Part shown: positions 37,288 through 50,405 of the stretch, piece after piece
Numbering within the stretch: position 1 is the first letter of the stretch
Layout: each line of letters starts with the position of its first letter
Assembly (NCBI GenBank): GCA_043228905.1
Contig: JBHGNT010000020.1
Coordinates: forward strand, 5,022,001-5,086,000
Length of the DNA: 64,000 nucleotides
Reading direction: 5' to 3'
Source of the DNA: Azolla caroliniana
Lineage: Eukaryota > Plantae > Polypodiophyta
Made by a program: the position numbers and the translations under genes
Notes under the pieces: generated by a model
What the model saw: only the letters and a program-made list of their open reading frames with translations
Databases searched by the model: none
Told to the model about the DNA's origin: nothing

Positions 37288-40200
37288 TGTTATCCCTTAG
37301 GCTGGACAAGCCTTAACACAAGGTGTTCCTATGGAACACTTCACCAAAGGGTGGTATGGGAAGATATGGACGGACCGTGATAGCGGATGGGTCTTAATCG
37401 GTTACTAACCCTCACGGTTAATGATCGTAATACACACGTAAGATGAATTAACTTAAGCACAGAATGGTAATCAGATAGACACTTAATCATATGCAAAACA
37501 ACAACACTTCTATTAATTATCCGTCTTTGATTAAATTCTTGCTAGGTCCTTTTATAGGTCTCTGACTGAGTTACAAACCGGTGCAACCCGGCAACCGGCA
37601 ACGATCCGGTCCGGATCCGAATCGGCATACCGATTCTGGGTCCGTCCGTCCGCTTCTCAAAATAGCATAATACTTATTAATTAATTTCATAACACTTATT
37701 AATTTCAACTCCTATTCCTAATTAATACCCCTTTTATATTCTGGACTCTAATCGGCCATTTTGCCTTACCGGCCGACCGACACATGGCACGCCCGTGGGA
37801 CAGTACATTGTACGTTGAACCCACGGTTACCCCTTTATCACTCGTTTGTCAAAATGTCCAGAATGCTTTGGTCCAATGGTTCTAGAGGTTCTTCGGGTAG
37901 TTCCTCCGTTTGTTGTTGTGGCTGTTGTTGCTATTGTTGTTGTTCTCCAGCCTACTCCTCCTCTCCGGATTTCATCCCTTCCAACTTCAGTCCCTGTCGG
38001 GCTTCCGTCTCCGGCTCATCTGTTCTGGGCTCCTCCCGCTCCTAATGTCTGGCTTGGAATAGTTCTTTCGGGTTGGCTACCTTCGGCTGCTCCTCTTGAG
38101 CGACTTTTTTCTAGCTTTCTCCGGTTCAGCTGCATTCAGCGTCTGCTCCGGAGATTTCTTTCCGTCACTAACCGTCGTTCTTGTAGGCTCCATTTGCTGT
38201 CTCCGCTCTCGTTCATAACGCTCGAACTGGAGTTGGGTATCTAGCTAGTCGTCATCCAGCTGTTCCACCAGCCGGCCTACCGCCACCAATTGTTCCCCGG
38301 CCAAGGACAGGAAGTCATCCAATAACTTCTCCCGTATGGTCACAACTCTTTCCGCGTCAAGTTTATAGAAGTTATCACCGTCCTTTCGCCGATTCTCCGC
38401 ATCCGCTCGCAAGACCTGCAACTCTGTTGCCTGCTTTGCCCATTTGGACCACCACTGTACTAAACTTTCTTCGACTAACTTCTTCGTCCGGTCCCTCCAT
38501 GTTAGTACAATATCTCGGATACGGTCAAGTCCCCTCTTTGACTTCTCCTCTACGGCCTGCTTTTCATCCTTTAATTGTTTTATGAGGATCGCGGTTGCCT
38601 CAGCTTGTCCCTTATATTGCATTGGTTGCGTCTGATAAGTCGTCTGAACTCTATTCAGAGCCATCTTTGCTTTTTCCATCTCCTCATGATGCTACTGGGT
38701 AAGCTCCAGTTTGTCTTTTGCCGCTTTTGCCAGCATTTGTGCCGTTTCGACTCCCTTGGTCCTTTCCTCCGCCAATGCCGTTGTCGTCCTGTGGACTTCA
38801 TCCCGTAGTTCCCGCATCTTTTCTTGCTGCCGATCACCTTTTGCCATCAATTTCTTGTGTTCCGCCTCTAGGTGCTTGTGATCCCCGCACAACCTGTCAA
38901 AATCCTCCATTTTTTGTTTCAGTCGTTGGTTGATTTGGCGTCAGGCCCAGTCCTCCCGGTCCTTCTGTTGGCAGAGTTCCTCTTGGAGCCGCTCAATCTC
39001 AACTTCAGCTGATCGCCGGAGTTTCTCCCTTTCTTGCAACAGTTTGTCTTTTTCTTCCTTTAATCGGTCATATGCTTGATGACCTTTCCGTAAATTTTCT
39101 TCGGCTCTTCGGAGGTTCTCTGCTGATTTCCGTTGTTCTTCCTCCACCACCTTCTTCAAGTCTCATTCTCTAGCCCTTAAGGCCTCTTGGGCTGCCAATT
39201 CCGCTTTGAGAGTGGCGAGTTCTTGTTCTTGTGCCTTATTTGCATCCGGTGCTATTTCTGTTACTGGCACCTGATCAATATATTCATTTCCCGAAGCCAC
39301 CGGTTCGGATAGTCTTGGTCCTTCTGTGACCTGCTTAGCCAACCCCGCTTTGGCCTAAACAATTTCTTCTTCCATTCGCCGGATCCTCGACTAGGCCTTC
39401 TCAAGTTCTTCAGTCGTGGCGAACAACTGGTTCCCCTGTGCTCTCTCCTCCATTTCTATTTGGCACACAACCCCGGCCACTTGCTCACTGATCCACTGTA
39501 GCCATTGATTGTCGGTGCCTTTATGGCGTGCCGGTTCTGGTTGTGGCGTTGCCTCTGTTCGCGTCGGAAACCCTTTTTCAATTGTTGACTGCAGCGACAA
39601 CTCTTGCTCTTGTTGTGCCTATTGCCTCGGTAAGGTAGGCAATTCAATTACCGATTCTTGGACCACTGGCACTACTGCTTCTTGCCGCATAGGTAGCTCT
39701 TCCATCGGTTCTGGTTGAACCGGTTCTGCCTCCTTCCCTAGCTGCGGTCCCTCAGAGTGGGGTGTCGGTGCGCTATCCTTCACCGGACCCGATTCGTCCC
39801 CCTTCTGCTTCGCATCACTATGCTTCTGGCGACGCAGGAGGTTCTCAGCAGGGTCTTCCTCCGCCTCCTCCTCTTGGGTCCTGATATTGATTTTTGTTGC
39901 CAAGGGGTCTGGGTCTTGTTCCTGTTGGCGCAACTTGATTTTTAGAGCCCTTACTAGTGGCTCTACCGGTGTCTTTGCCTCCGCTTGTCTCTTCCGGCTA
40001 GGTTGTTCTTTCCCTTGCTACGAGGTACTGCCCTCTTTCCATCCAGGCGTGTGTTTGGCCAGAAGTTGATGCCGTTTTGAAGGTTTGTTCGACGTGGTCT
40101 CCGTTACTCGAACCCGCTTCTTAGTCCTTACCGGCTCCACCGGTGGCGCCAAAAGAGTCAGCCATTAAGCCACGGCCGTCCATAATTTCTTGCCGTTCTG

Positions 40201-43200
40201 CACTAATTCTATCACTGTCCGCAAACAATCGGCGATGATTACTGACAAATCTACTTGCACCCCTGTGTACGTAGCAATGATGAAACCGGCTTTGTTCTTT
40301 GGCATTGCCAGGGGTCGGGGGTACACGAACCCATACTCGTGGAGGATACAAGCCATTTCTCTAAACAGGGGATCCTCGTCGCCCTGTGTCTGATGAGCCT
40401 TACTAGCGAGGGAATACTCACCATAAAACTTGGTTAGTGTTTCTGGAGAAGGGTTCTCGATCGAGTAGATACCCCCTTCCGATAATCTGATTAGCGCGTG
40501 GATGGCTTCCTCCGTTATCACCTCCGTGTCGATTTTCTACACAACTTCTTCAGCTTCGTTGTGCGGCGGTGCCTCGACTATCCTCAGGAAGCCTCCCAAC
40601 CCATGTTGGTTGAGCCACTTCTTGGCTATTTCGGAGAGTGCCATAGGTTCCATCTCGTCTTCTGGTTCTGCGGGGGTAGGTAGGGCCGATTTGTTTGTCT
40701 GTGCTTCTTGCGTTCATTTGCTCACTTGTATTGTCCTTTGTGTGCTCAGTGGTCTGTGTTCGCGAAATGAAAGAGACTCTACGAGGCGGGGGTTTCTTGT
40801 TCCCATGCTTGGCGCCTTCCTCGATTCCTGCGCATGCATGTCGTGTACTATAATAGCACTGTGTGACACGTGGTACACTTTAACTAGGCTTTAAATAGCC
40901 ACTACACACCTTTTCAAGGTTTCCCTTCATTCCTCGCCTCTGCATGATGACTTCTTCTTCTTCTTCTTTATTTAAATATCTACGTTAGTTCGAGTTGTCC
41001 GATAACACCGGATCCCTTGGTTGTTGCTCCTCGTGTTTGCCGGTTACGTGCCTACTGCCGCCTGTGTCTGCGTTGGCCTCCGGTTGATGGAACGGGTTTT
41101 GTGGCATGGGTCCATAATAGGGTTTAAGCCAGAACCCATTTACCCACTTGTCTAGCATTTTGCTGGCCAGCGTTCCTGGTATGAACCCTTGAACCCGGCG
41201 TGATCCAATATGGTCCGGTCCACCAGAACCTCAGCTTCCCCGGCATGTTACCCATTCGGGTCTGGAATACGAGCACTGGCTTGCCAATTCCAAACAGTTT
41301 CTCGTTGTCCTTCCAGTGACAGTCCACGAATGCTTTCCTCTGCTACTGCTCAAGTTCCATCTGCATGATGCTCGTTATCCGGTGCTCTTCCAGCTCGCAT
41401 AGTGTTGCTAGCCGGATTTTCTCCGATTCCTTTTTACTTAGTCGCTCCTGGACCTATATCCGTAAGCTTGGAACTTGAAATTCGATCGGCATCACTGCTT
41501 CTAGCCCGATTGCTAACCAGAATGGTGTTGTTTGGATACTTGTTTTGTATGTTGCCCAGTAAGCCCATAACGGACTGTGCAGCTTCGTGTCCCAATCGTT
41601 CTGGTTCTCGTTGACGATCTTCCGGAGGATGTTCTGTAGCGTTTTGTTGGTGGATTTGGCCAGTCCATTGGCCTGCGGGTAGTATGGAGTGTTGCACTTG
41701 TGTACTACCGCATAGAACGTTGTTAGGCTCTCCACTACTTGACCGAGGAAGTGTCCACCTTGGTCGCTGATCAATTCGATTGGACATCTATACCGGCACC
41801 AAATATACTCATACAGGAACTTCGTAGTCGATGTTGCGGTATTATCTCGCAAAGCCTTTGCTTCTACCCACTTGGTGCAATAGTCCATGGCAACGATGAT
41901 GTATCTGTTGCCGGTTCGCATTGCCGGCGGCTTGAATGGCCCGACGAAGTCCAGCCCCCATTTGTGAAATGGTTCCAAGGGTAGTACCGGTTGGTGAGGC
42001 ATCCGCGCCTCGCGCCTGTTCTATCGGTTGGCCCATCCTTTGACACAAATCACATTCCTTCATATACCGGACCGAATCTTTTAGTGTCGTTGGCCACCAT
42101 AGCCCATTGTGCCAGATCTTCCTTGTTGTTGCTTCACCGACATAGTGCCTTCCGGCGACTCCGCAATGCGCTTCCCGTAATATGGTGTCTTTTTCATCGC
42201 TCTGAACCGTTCGCCGCCATATGCCATCCGCTCCTTTGTGGTATAGTGTATCCTGAAATGAACAAAAGTGTCGGCTCTAGACCGCCAATAGTTTCCGCTT
42301 ATCCCAGTTCATCTCTTCCGGAGGTAGTCCCGTGCTTAAAAACTGATGCATGTTTGTTAGCCATTTGTCCTCGTCCGCAACTATACTATCCGTCATGGTT
42401 TCCGCTGTTATTTTAAACAAAAAATGGCATCCGGAAACTCATCTGGCACACCATCACCGATCTCTCCGGATTCTAATCGGCTCAAATAGTCGGCAACCAC
42501 GTGTTGTATCCCCGACCGGTGATAAATTTTGAACTCGAATTCCTATAGAAACAATGTCCACCGGGCTAGCTTGCCGATGAGGGATGCCTTAGAGACCAAT
42601 TATAATAGTGTTGAATGGTCTACGTGAAATGAAAATTTTCGACCCAAAAAATAGTGTCGGAACTTCGTGACACTGTAAATCATCACCAAGGCCTCTCTTT
42701 CCGTTGTGGAATAATTTCGTTCCGCCTGTGACAGTTTCCGGTTCGCGTAGTATACCGGTCGGTACCACTTGGGTTCGGTCAGCTACATGAGTGCACTGCC
42801 GATTGCTATGTCTGACGCGTCGACGAACACATGGAATTCTTTGGACCAGTCTGGGGGTTGTACTATGGGTGCTTGTGATAACATTACTTTGAGCGCCCGA
42901 TAGGCCATGTCTTCTTCCTCTGTCCATTTAAACGATGTTTGGTGAACGGTTGTGTGCAAGGGAGTTGTCAGGTCTGCCAAGTATCTGAGCATCCGGCTAT
43001 GCCATCGAATCTATTCTAAGAATCTGCTTAATGCTTTGGCCATCGTCGGTGCCGGTGCCTCGAAAATTGCTTTGACCTTATCAAGGTCTACGGCTATCCC
43101 GTCCTTGCTAACAATATGACCAAGTAGCGTTCCACTAGTCACCCCAAACACACACTTTGCCGGGTTCAAGCTTAACCGGTAATCCCTACATTTTTCTAGG

Positions 43201-43388
43201 CATAACCGGAGATGGTCAAGATGTTCCCCTTGCAGGCTATACACCGCGAAGTCGTCCAGGAACACCTGCATAAACACCAGGATGAATTCTCCAAATGTCT
43301 CCATGATTATCCATTGAAAGGTAGTCGGCGTCGTCTTGAGTCCGAACATCATTACTACTGCTACAAAGACTCCCCATTCGGTGACGAA
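37288..43388 (-). mobile_element. 3' part of a non-chromovirus Gypsy (Phygy/Athila-Tat-like): RT, RH, INT, extra ORF, 3' LTR (~37288-37800)
   Basis: MMFGLKTTPTTFQ...VFLDDF RT, FHVFVDASD RNase H, KWGLDFVGP...YYPQANG integrase; LTR homologous to 5502-5891. Confidence 0.9.
38245..40717 (-). pseudogene. Additional ORF downstream of pol (globular N-terminus, low-complexity linker, long coiled coil), disrupted
   Basis: Consecutive same-strand ORFs 40165-40521, 39619-39933, 39391-39600, 38941-39159, 38692-38910 and 38245-38679; E/K/Q/L-rich heptad-like C-terminus. Confidence 0.7.
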
Positions 43389-44530
43389 GTGCCCTGGCTT
43401 CCCATAATAGAAGCAAGTAGGCCTCCCCCTTGACTTCGACCTCGTCCCCAACTTGTCCTGGTTTTGGGGACTCCGATACCGGCCTCTTCCCCGGTTGTGG
43501 TCATCTTCCATGACCAAGGCCTTCGGATCAGTTTCGGACTCCCGGTCCTTCCGGCAAGCTTCTTCATCTAGCAAGCTTGATTTTACCCTTACTAGAGACA
43601 ACTGGTTTCCTTTCGGCCCGGCATTGCCCAACATGACAACTATTGTCTCCCAACTGGTCGGGAGGGAACCAACAAGAGTAATGCGAGTACCTCATCGGCG
43701 AGAGGTACTTCCAATGAGGTTGCCTGGTGGATAAGTCCTTGGAAGCCATTCATGTGCTCCACCATACTGAAGCCATCCTGGTATCGGAGCCTCACTAGCT
43801 TCCAGAATACCGAAACCCGATTAACAACATTCTTGTTCTGGAACATGATGATGATCTTCTCCCAGAGTTCATGAGCCTTAATTTCTTCATTGAAGTTGTT
43901 GTACAGACTCATGTCGATGGAGCATTGGATGTATGCCGTAGTCTTCATGTGCACCACCTCCCACATTGTGGCGTCGATCTTATCCAGTCTCTTGTCCCCG
44001 AACTGAACCGGCAACCAAAGATTTTTAACCACCAACATATTCCTCATCTTCAACTTCTACACTGAGTAGTTGGAGCCGGTGAGCTTGAATATTATAGATC
44101 TTGGTACTAACGTAAGCTTAAGATAAGGATAATGAAAAGATAGATAGAAAGGAGAAAGAGAAAGAAGGGTGCCGATCCACCCGACCACCCCCGAGCGAAG
44201 GGATCGAGACGGACTCGAGCCTCGATCGGCGTCCCATACCACCGCCGTGGCGTCGAGTCGTACCTGGTGCTGGCACGCTCGCTACAAGGGTTGACCCACC
44301 ACACGAGCAGAGTCTCGATGTAGTCAAAAGATGATCAAATGAGGGTAGCTAGGCCTCTTATTTATAGTGATACCTAAGGCCCCCAGGCAAGTTCACACTT
44401 GACCTAATGGGTTGTCTCAATCCCGAGGATTAAAAGTAATCCTCCCCTTCTTTACACTCTCGTTTAACCCTCACACTTATCCACGTGTATAGAATACTAC
44501 AGTAAATTCTTACCACGGGATATTATATGG

Positions 44531-47500
44531 TCATGCCCGTAACATACTCCCCCTCTTTAAAACATTGCACTCTTGCAATGGAAAGTTAGGGAAGTTAGTT
44601 CTAAGAGTATTTTCGCGTTCCCATGTGGCATCTTTTATTGATTTATCCATCCATTTTATTTTAAATTCTCGGATTTCTTTAGTACGTAATTTTTTTATTT
44701 TAACATCGAGAATTCTTTTTGGTACATGTGGTTTAGAAGATAATTCTTCAGAAGTAACCAGAGTTTCAGTCGTAACTGTATTGTCGCCAGAACCTAGAAG
44801 TTCTTTTAGACGACTCACATGAAAGACTGGATGAATTCCGACACCATCGGGAAGAGCGAGACGATAGGCTGATGACCCAATGCGTTTGAGGACTGTAAAA
44901 GGTCCACAAAACCGTGGGGCTAACTTAGCGCACTTACCCGTAGACAATGTCTTAGAATTGTGAGGTACACGTAAAAATACCTTCTGTCCAAGGTTGAATA
45001 CACGAGGTTGCCTATGATGATCGGCATAAAAACGCGCTCTATCTTGAGCTGTTTTTATATTATCTCGTGCAATATGCAACATATTTTGCATATCCCGAAG
45101 AAAGTTTTGCGTACTTCGCAACTCATCATGATGTATATTAACATCAATCGGGGCTCGTGGCTGGAAACCATACATCAACATAAAAGGACTATATCCTGTC
45201 GACGTATGCTTGGAGCTGTTATAAGCAAACTCCAAAATTGGGAGATAACGTTCCCATTTTGTTGGTTTTGCACCAACGTATGCTCGAAGCATGTCCTCAA
45301 TAATTTGATTTACTCGTTCTGTCTGTCCATCGGATTGAGGATGATACGTGGAGCTCATGCTCAACGTAGTTTCTAACTTCTTAAAGACTTGTGTCCAGAA
45401 GTCACTAGTAAACTTTGGATCTCGATCACTCATGATATCCATCGGTAACCCATAAAACGAAACAATTCGTCAACGAATTGGTAAGCCAATTCAGGAGCTG
45501 TTACCGTGGTTTTAGTAGCAATAAATCTGGCCATTTTAGTTAGTCGATCAACGACAACCCAGATGGCATCATGACCTTTTTGGGTGCGAGGAAGGCTAAC
45601 AATAAAATCCATGGATACACTTTCCCACTTATTATTGGGAATGTCCAAGGGATGTAAAAGTCCTGCAGCTTTAAGTCGCTCGGCTTTGTTAACCTGACAC
45701 TGGTGACATTTAGTCACATAGCTATGTATGTCAGGACGCATCTTAGGCCAATAAAATTGAGTGAAGATGAGAACGAGTGTACGATGTATTCCAGGGTGCC
45801 CTGCTGAGGGTGCATCATGGCATTCAAAAAGAATCCTCTTTTTGACCTCGGGTAAATCTGGAACACAAACCTTCCCATTACGGTAGAGCAAACCGTTAGC
45901 AATGTGGAAGTATTCCTTCGAGGATGTGGTGGTGTCTGTTCCAGACTCAACTCTTGCCCAATATTTTCCGAAATAACTGTCATCAGGATACTTTCCTCGA
46001 AGGTGATCATAAAGATCTGATGATATTTCAGTGAAGCTAAGCATGTTAACTTCACGGATGCGACTTAGTGCATCAGCGACAGTGTTCATGGAACCTTTAC
46101 GATATCGTATGGAAAAATCAAAGTCCTGGATGAGATCAGCCCATCGTGCCTTACGACCTTTCAAGTCGTGTTGGTCACAAAAATATTTCAAGGACTCGTG
46201 GTCCGTAGTTACCACAAAGTGATTTCCATAAAGATAATGGCGCCATGTTTTGAGCGCATGTATAACTGCAAATAATTCCTTTTCTTGAACGGTATACCGA
46301 CATTGAGCAGAATCAAGTTTCTTACTCTCAAATGCTATTGGTTTACCATCTTGATACAAGACAGCACCTATAGCATAATCGCTTGCATCGGTTTCAACCT
46401 CAAAAGGTTTTGAAGGATCAGGTAAAAGAAGTGAAGGAGCCTTGCAAACTAGGTCCTTGAGTTCCTTAAATGCAAGGTCTAGTGTAGCATTCCACACAAT
46501 AGGTTTTGTAGACTTACGCGTTTGACCTTTTAAAAGATCAGTAAACGGCGTCGTCAATTGGGAGTAATTACGAAGAGACTTTCGCAAAAACCCCACAAAA
46601 CTAAGGAATGATCGAACTTCTCGAATATTCCGAAGAGTGGGCCAAAGCTTGATTTTCTCAATGCGAGAAGGATCAATTTCAACTCCTCGTTCGGTTATGA
46701 GATGTCCTAGATAAGTAATTGATTTCTTGAAGAACTCACATTTTGAGATCTTCGCATAAAACTGTTTGTCACGCAATGTTTGTAAAACAAAGCGGACATG
46801 TCTAGCATGTTCTTGTAATGTACAGCTATAAACTAAAATATCATCCAAGAAAATAACGACAAATTTTCCAAGTTGTTCTCGAAAAATGTCATTCATTTCT
46901 TGTTGAAAAGTAGCCGGAGCATTGGTCAAACCAAAAGGCATAACCAAAAACTCGTAATGGCCATAGCGGACGAAATGCCGTTTTAGGAACATCGTCCTCA
47001 CTTATTCGTATTTGATGGTAGCCAGTACGGAGATCAAGTTTCGTAAAATACCGAGCTCCCTGGAGACGGTCAATTAGATCGTCAGCCCGGGGCAATGGAT
47101 ACGAATTCTTGATCGTCACTTTATTCAAGCGTCGGTAATTAATACACATACGCCATGTGCCCTCTTTCTTTTTAACCAAGAGAACTGGTGCACCCCATGG
47201 AGATTTACTATAACGTATATAACCCATTCGTAAATAGTCCTTGAGTTGCTTAGATACCTCATCTTCTTCGGATCGACTTAAGCGATACGGAGGTATACTT
47301 ATTGGTGCAACACCAGGTACAATATCTATACGATGGTCTATATTACGTTTAGGAGGTAACCCATCAGGTAGTTCACTTGGAAAAACATCATGAAAATCAT
47401 TTAAGATTTCATCAAGTTGTTGTTGTTCAAAATATGTTAATTGAATCGGGACATTATCGATATTGTAAACGTGAATGTCCGGATCAAGTACACAATAAAA

Positions 47501-48960
47501 TAACGTAGAACAAGACAACTCGGATATTGATGGACACGAGGAAACAATCGAGAGGGATTGTTTTTTTACACATTGAATAAAATGCGTACAATTGTTCAGT
47601 ACAAAAGAAATGGAATGACGAACCCAATCAATAAATAAAGAAGAGTTTTTATTATAAAACCAGGGATAACCCAGTATTACATCGGTGGTACAAAGATTCA
47701 TTACATGGAAGTCGACTTCCTCTATATAAGTATCAATAGAAATTCCTAATGAATGAATCGCCCCGTTGATGTATTGTACTCTTCCATCAGCCAAGTGCAC
47801 CGTATAGGTGTGATCACTTACGGTGGGTTGGATTCCCCATATCTGAACCAAACGATCATTCACAAAATTGTGAGAGCTTCCCGAATCAAATAAAAATTGT
47901 ACGGGAGATCCATTGATATACCCGTTTGCACGTAGTAAATCATTGGGACCCAATACATAGTGAGGAAAAGAACATTGACAATTACATAAATGGTGTGTAT
48001 AGACCTGAAGGACATTAGGAATCTGACCTTTATGGTCTGCAGCTTTAGCTTTGTTGTCGTGCTCTTTCCGTTGGAGCTTTCGACATTGATCTTTTGTATG
48101 ACCCTTCTTTTTGCAGAATACACAAAAAGGATGTTGTCGCTTACAATCGCGATCCAGGAATTCGTTGGGTGTCTTGCGTTTCCCCACAAATTGCGACTGC
48201 TTAGTCCCGGGCGCTTCGTTGGGTTTGTTATGGTCCTTCTTCGAAGTGCGTTGATAGCGAAGAACTATTTCAACGGCCTCTTCGAAGGATTTTGGATCCT
48301 TATCGTGCACTATCCAGTGATAGTCCGAATTGGGGATGCCATTGACAAAACAAGCTATCAACCAATTGTCCCCGTCTAGACCCGATTTTTGGATTTGGGT
48401 TCTAGCATGGTGAACATAGTCCTCTAGCGAGGAAAATTTCCTGCTAGAGAGGTTCATTAAAGCTGTGCTGCCTCGGTTCGAGAGGGAGGTTGCAGAAATT
48501 GGCCCTTAAAAACCGTGACAAAATCTGTCCAGGTATCGGGCAATTTCCCCATAGTACGGAGGCCACGCCACCAGGCGGCGGCCTTACCCCCGAGTTCTCG
48601 ACCGACATATGCAATCTTCGTACTATCTGGCGTGGGATAGAGCTCAAAATGAGACTCCCATCGTCCCAGCCATGTGCAGATTGCTTCTTCGGTTCTTTCC
48701 TTTTTGTCTCCTGTAAATGGCTTAACGACAAATGATGGTTCACCTTGTCGCTCATCAGGTCTATTAGTCTCACGTTGTAGACTAATGACATGTGCCTCAA
48801 GAGCACTCTGAGATTGCCGAAGTTCGGTCATCTGTTGAGCGGTGAAACTAAGGTATTGGGTTATTTGTGCCAAATACATCTCAGTGGACATTTGTCCAGG
48901 AGGATTCCCTTGAGTTCCTTCCGCTTGAGCGGATGACATCGGGTCGTTAATTTGAGCCAT
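44531..48960 (-). pseudogene. Chromovirus gag-pol with three frameshifts (~48457, ~46975, ~45440)
   Basis: [14 protein letters not shown] knuckle, [10 protein letters not shown] protease, FLDDIL RT, ETDASDY RNase H, SMDFIV / HPQSDGQTER integrase, chromodomain PKRILD...KIKW...DATWE. The ORF runs through the PPT into the LTR. Confidence 0.93.
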
Positions 48961-50138
48961 TAAAGATTATTTCTGGAAAAGAAATAGGATAAGGTCAGAG
49001 ATATAGTCATAACATCATGTCGTGATGTAAACATATCATGGGCGAGCATTAATCGATATCATTATCTCACGTCAATACCCCTCTAGACGTATGAGATGAG
49101 GTTCAAGATCAGGTTACTATGGTAACACAAAGGTGTTTTAAAAACCATGGGGGTGACAAATAAATGTCTTTCCCTGATCTCTATATCGATTTTTTCATGG
49201 TGGCTCCCCGAGGCTCAACCATGTATGTTCGCGTCATGAATAGTTTATACACGAAAAAAATGTTAATAATAAACTATGTTTCGGTGCCCACATATGTGGT
49301 TTCGGCTCTTTAAGTCCTATTACGAGGACCCCGAGGTGCACTTAGACCTTAAGTCTAAACATGTGTTATAGTCATATGTATCAAGGATGTTGTATGGTCT
49401 TGATCATATTTGAACTCGAGACCTCGAGAACAAATACATTAAACACTTGAGCCAACCAAGTAAGTTGCTCTTCTCGAATGCTTAATGTTTGATGCGTATA
49501 AGAGATATGCGAGGCAATTGATCATATATGTTTTTTTAAAAGAACATATATGTCAAGGTCCTTATTTCGCCCTCATTTACCAAAACTATGTTGGTACGTT
49601 ACCTAACCTCAAGTCTCGTAATTACGATGGCATATGCCAAAGGGCAACCTAATGGTCAAGCCAAATGAGCCCTCGTTTTGTAGTAGGCTCACGTGGGCCA
49701 TCACATGGTCACGTCATTACGAATGTCTCTCGTAAGAACGAGCTCATGGTGGCATCGTATCCATGTAACGAGGGAGGGATGTTGGATACATGCGTCATTG
49801 GAGTGACCTCACTTGAAGTGGGTCAAGCCCTACGTACTCAACATCATTTTGGCTATTCGCGTTTCTTTACGTAACGAAATCGAGGTCGTCAATGGGGTTA
49901 TCAACAATAAAAAAATGTTGAAAAAGGGATGGTGACAACGCCATTCTCACAAAAATGTGAGGACGGCCACCAACATCCTTTTCCTGACAAGGACAACTTT
50001 CGATATAATCACGTAATAACGAATATACACATATGTTTACTTATCACATATATACGATCAAATACGTATATATGTGACCACATATGCCTATATTAAACAT
50101 ATCGTTATATTAAATAGCCACAAATGATGTGATCGAGA

Positions 50139-50405
50139 TACGTAATCGAGGTATATACCTCTACGCACACGAAACATCCACAAATAAGAGATCATCGTAA
50201 TACGCAATGGAGGTATTGACCTCTTACGCATACGAGACCAAACGCATATCGTTTACAACAAATCAAGGTATTAAACTCATACGCAAACGTAACATATGTT
50301 CGTGAACGTAATACGTAATTGAGGTATTAACCTCGTACGCATACGACACTCATCACATATTATCAATATGTCAAACGAGGTATTGACCTCGTGCACATAT
50401 GTAAA
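50139..50405. repeat. Array of five hairpin-containing repeats (~56-62-nt period) in the chromovirus leader
   Basis: Core GAGGTATT(G/A)ACCTC..TACGCA at ~50148, 50210, 50265, 50321 and 50377. Confidence 0.8.

Noticed and set aside
44090-44544. Cassandra-type 5S domain or hammerhead ribozyme (retrozyme) in the LTR
   Set aside because: No match to the plant 5S core and no CTGANGA...GAAA hammerhead core seen.
48455-48459. TAATG stop-restart or programmed frameshift in chromovirus gag
   Set aside because: It falls in the middle of the capsid domain, has no slippery heptamer, a 1-nt insertion restores a continuous gag, and the element has two other frameshifts.
50139-50405. CRISPR array
   Set aside because: Eukaryotic retrotransposon leader, degenerate repeats and no cas genes; kept only as a hairpin array.
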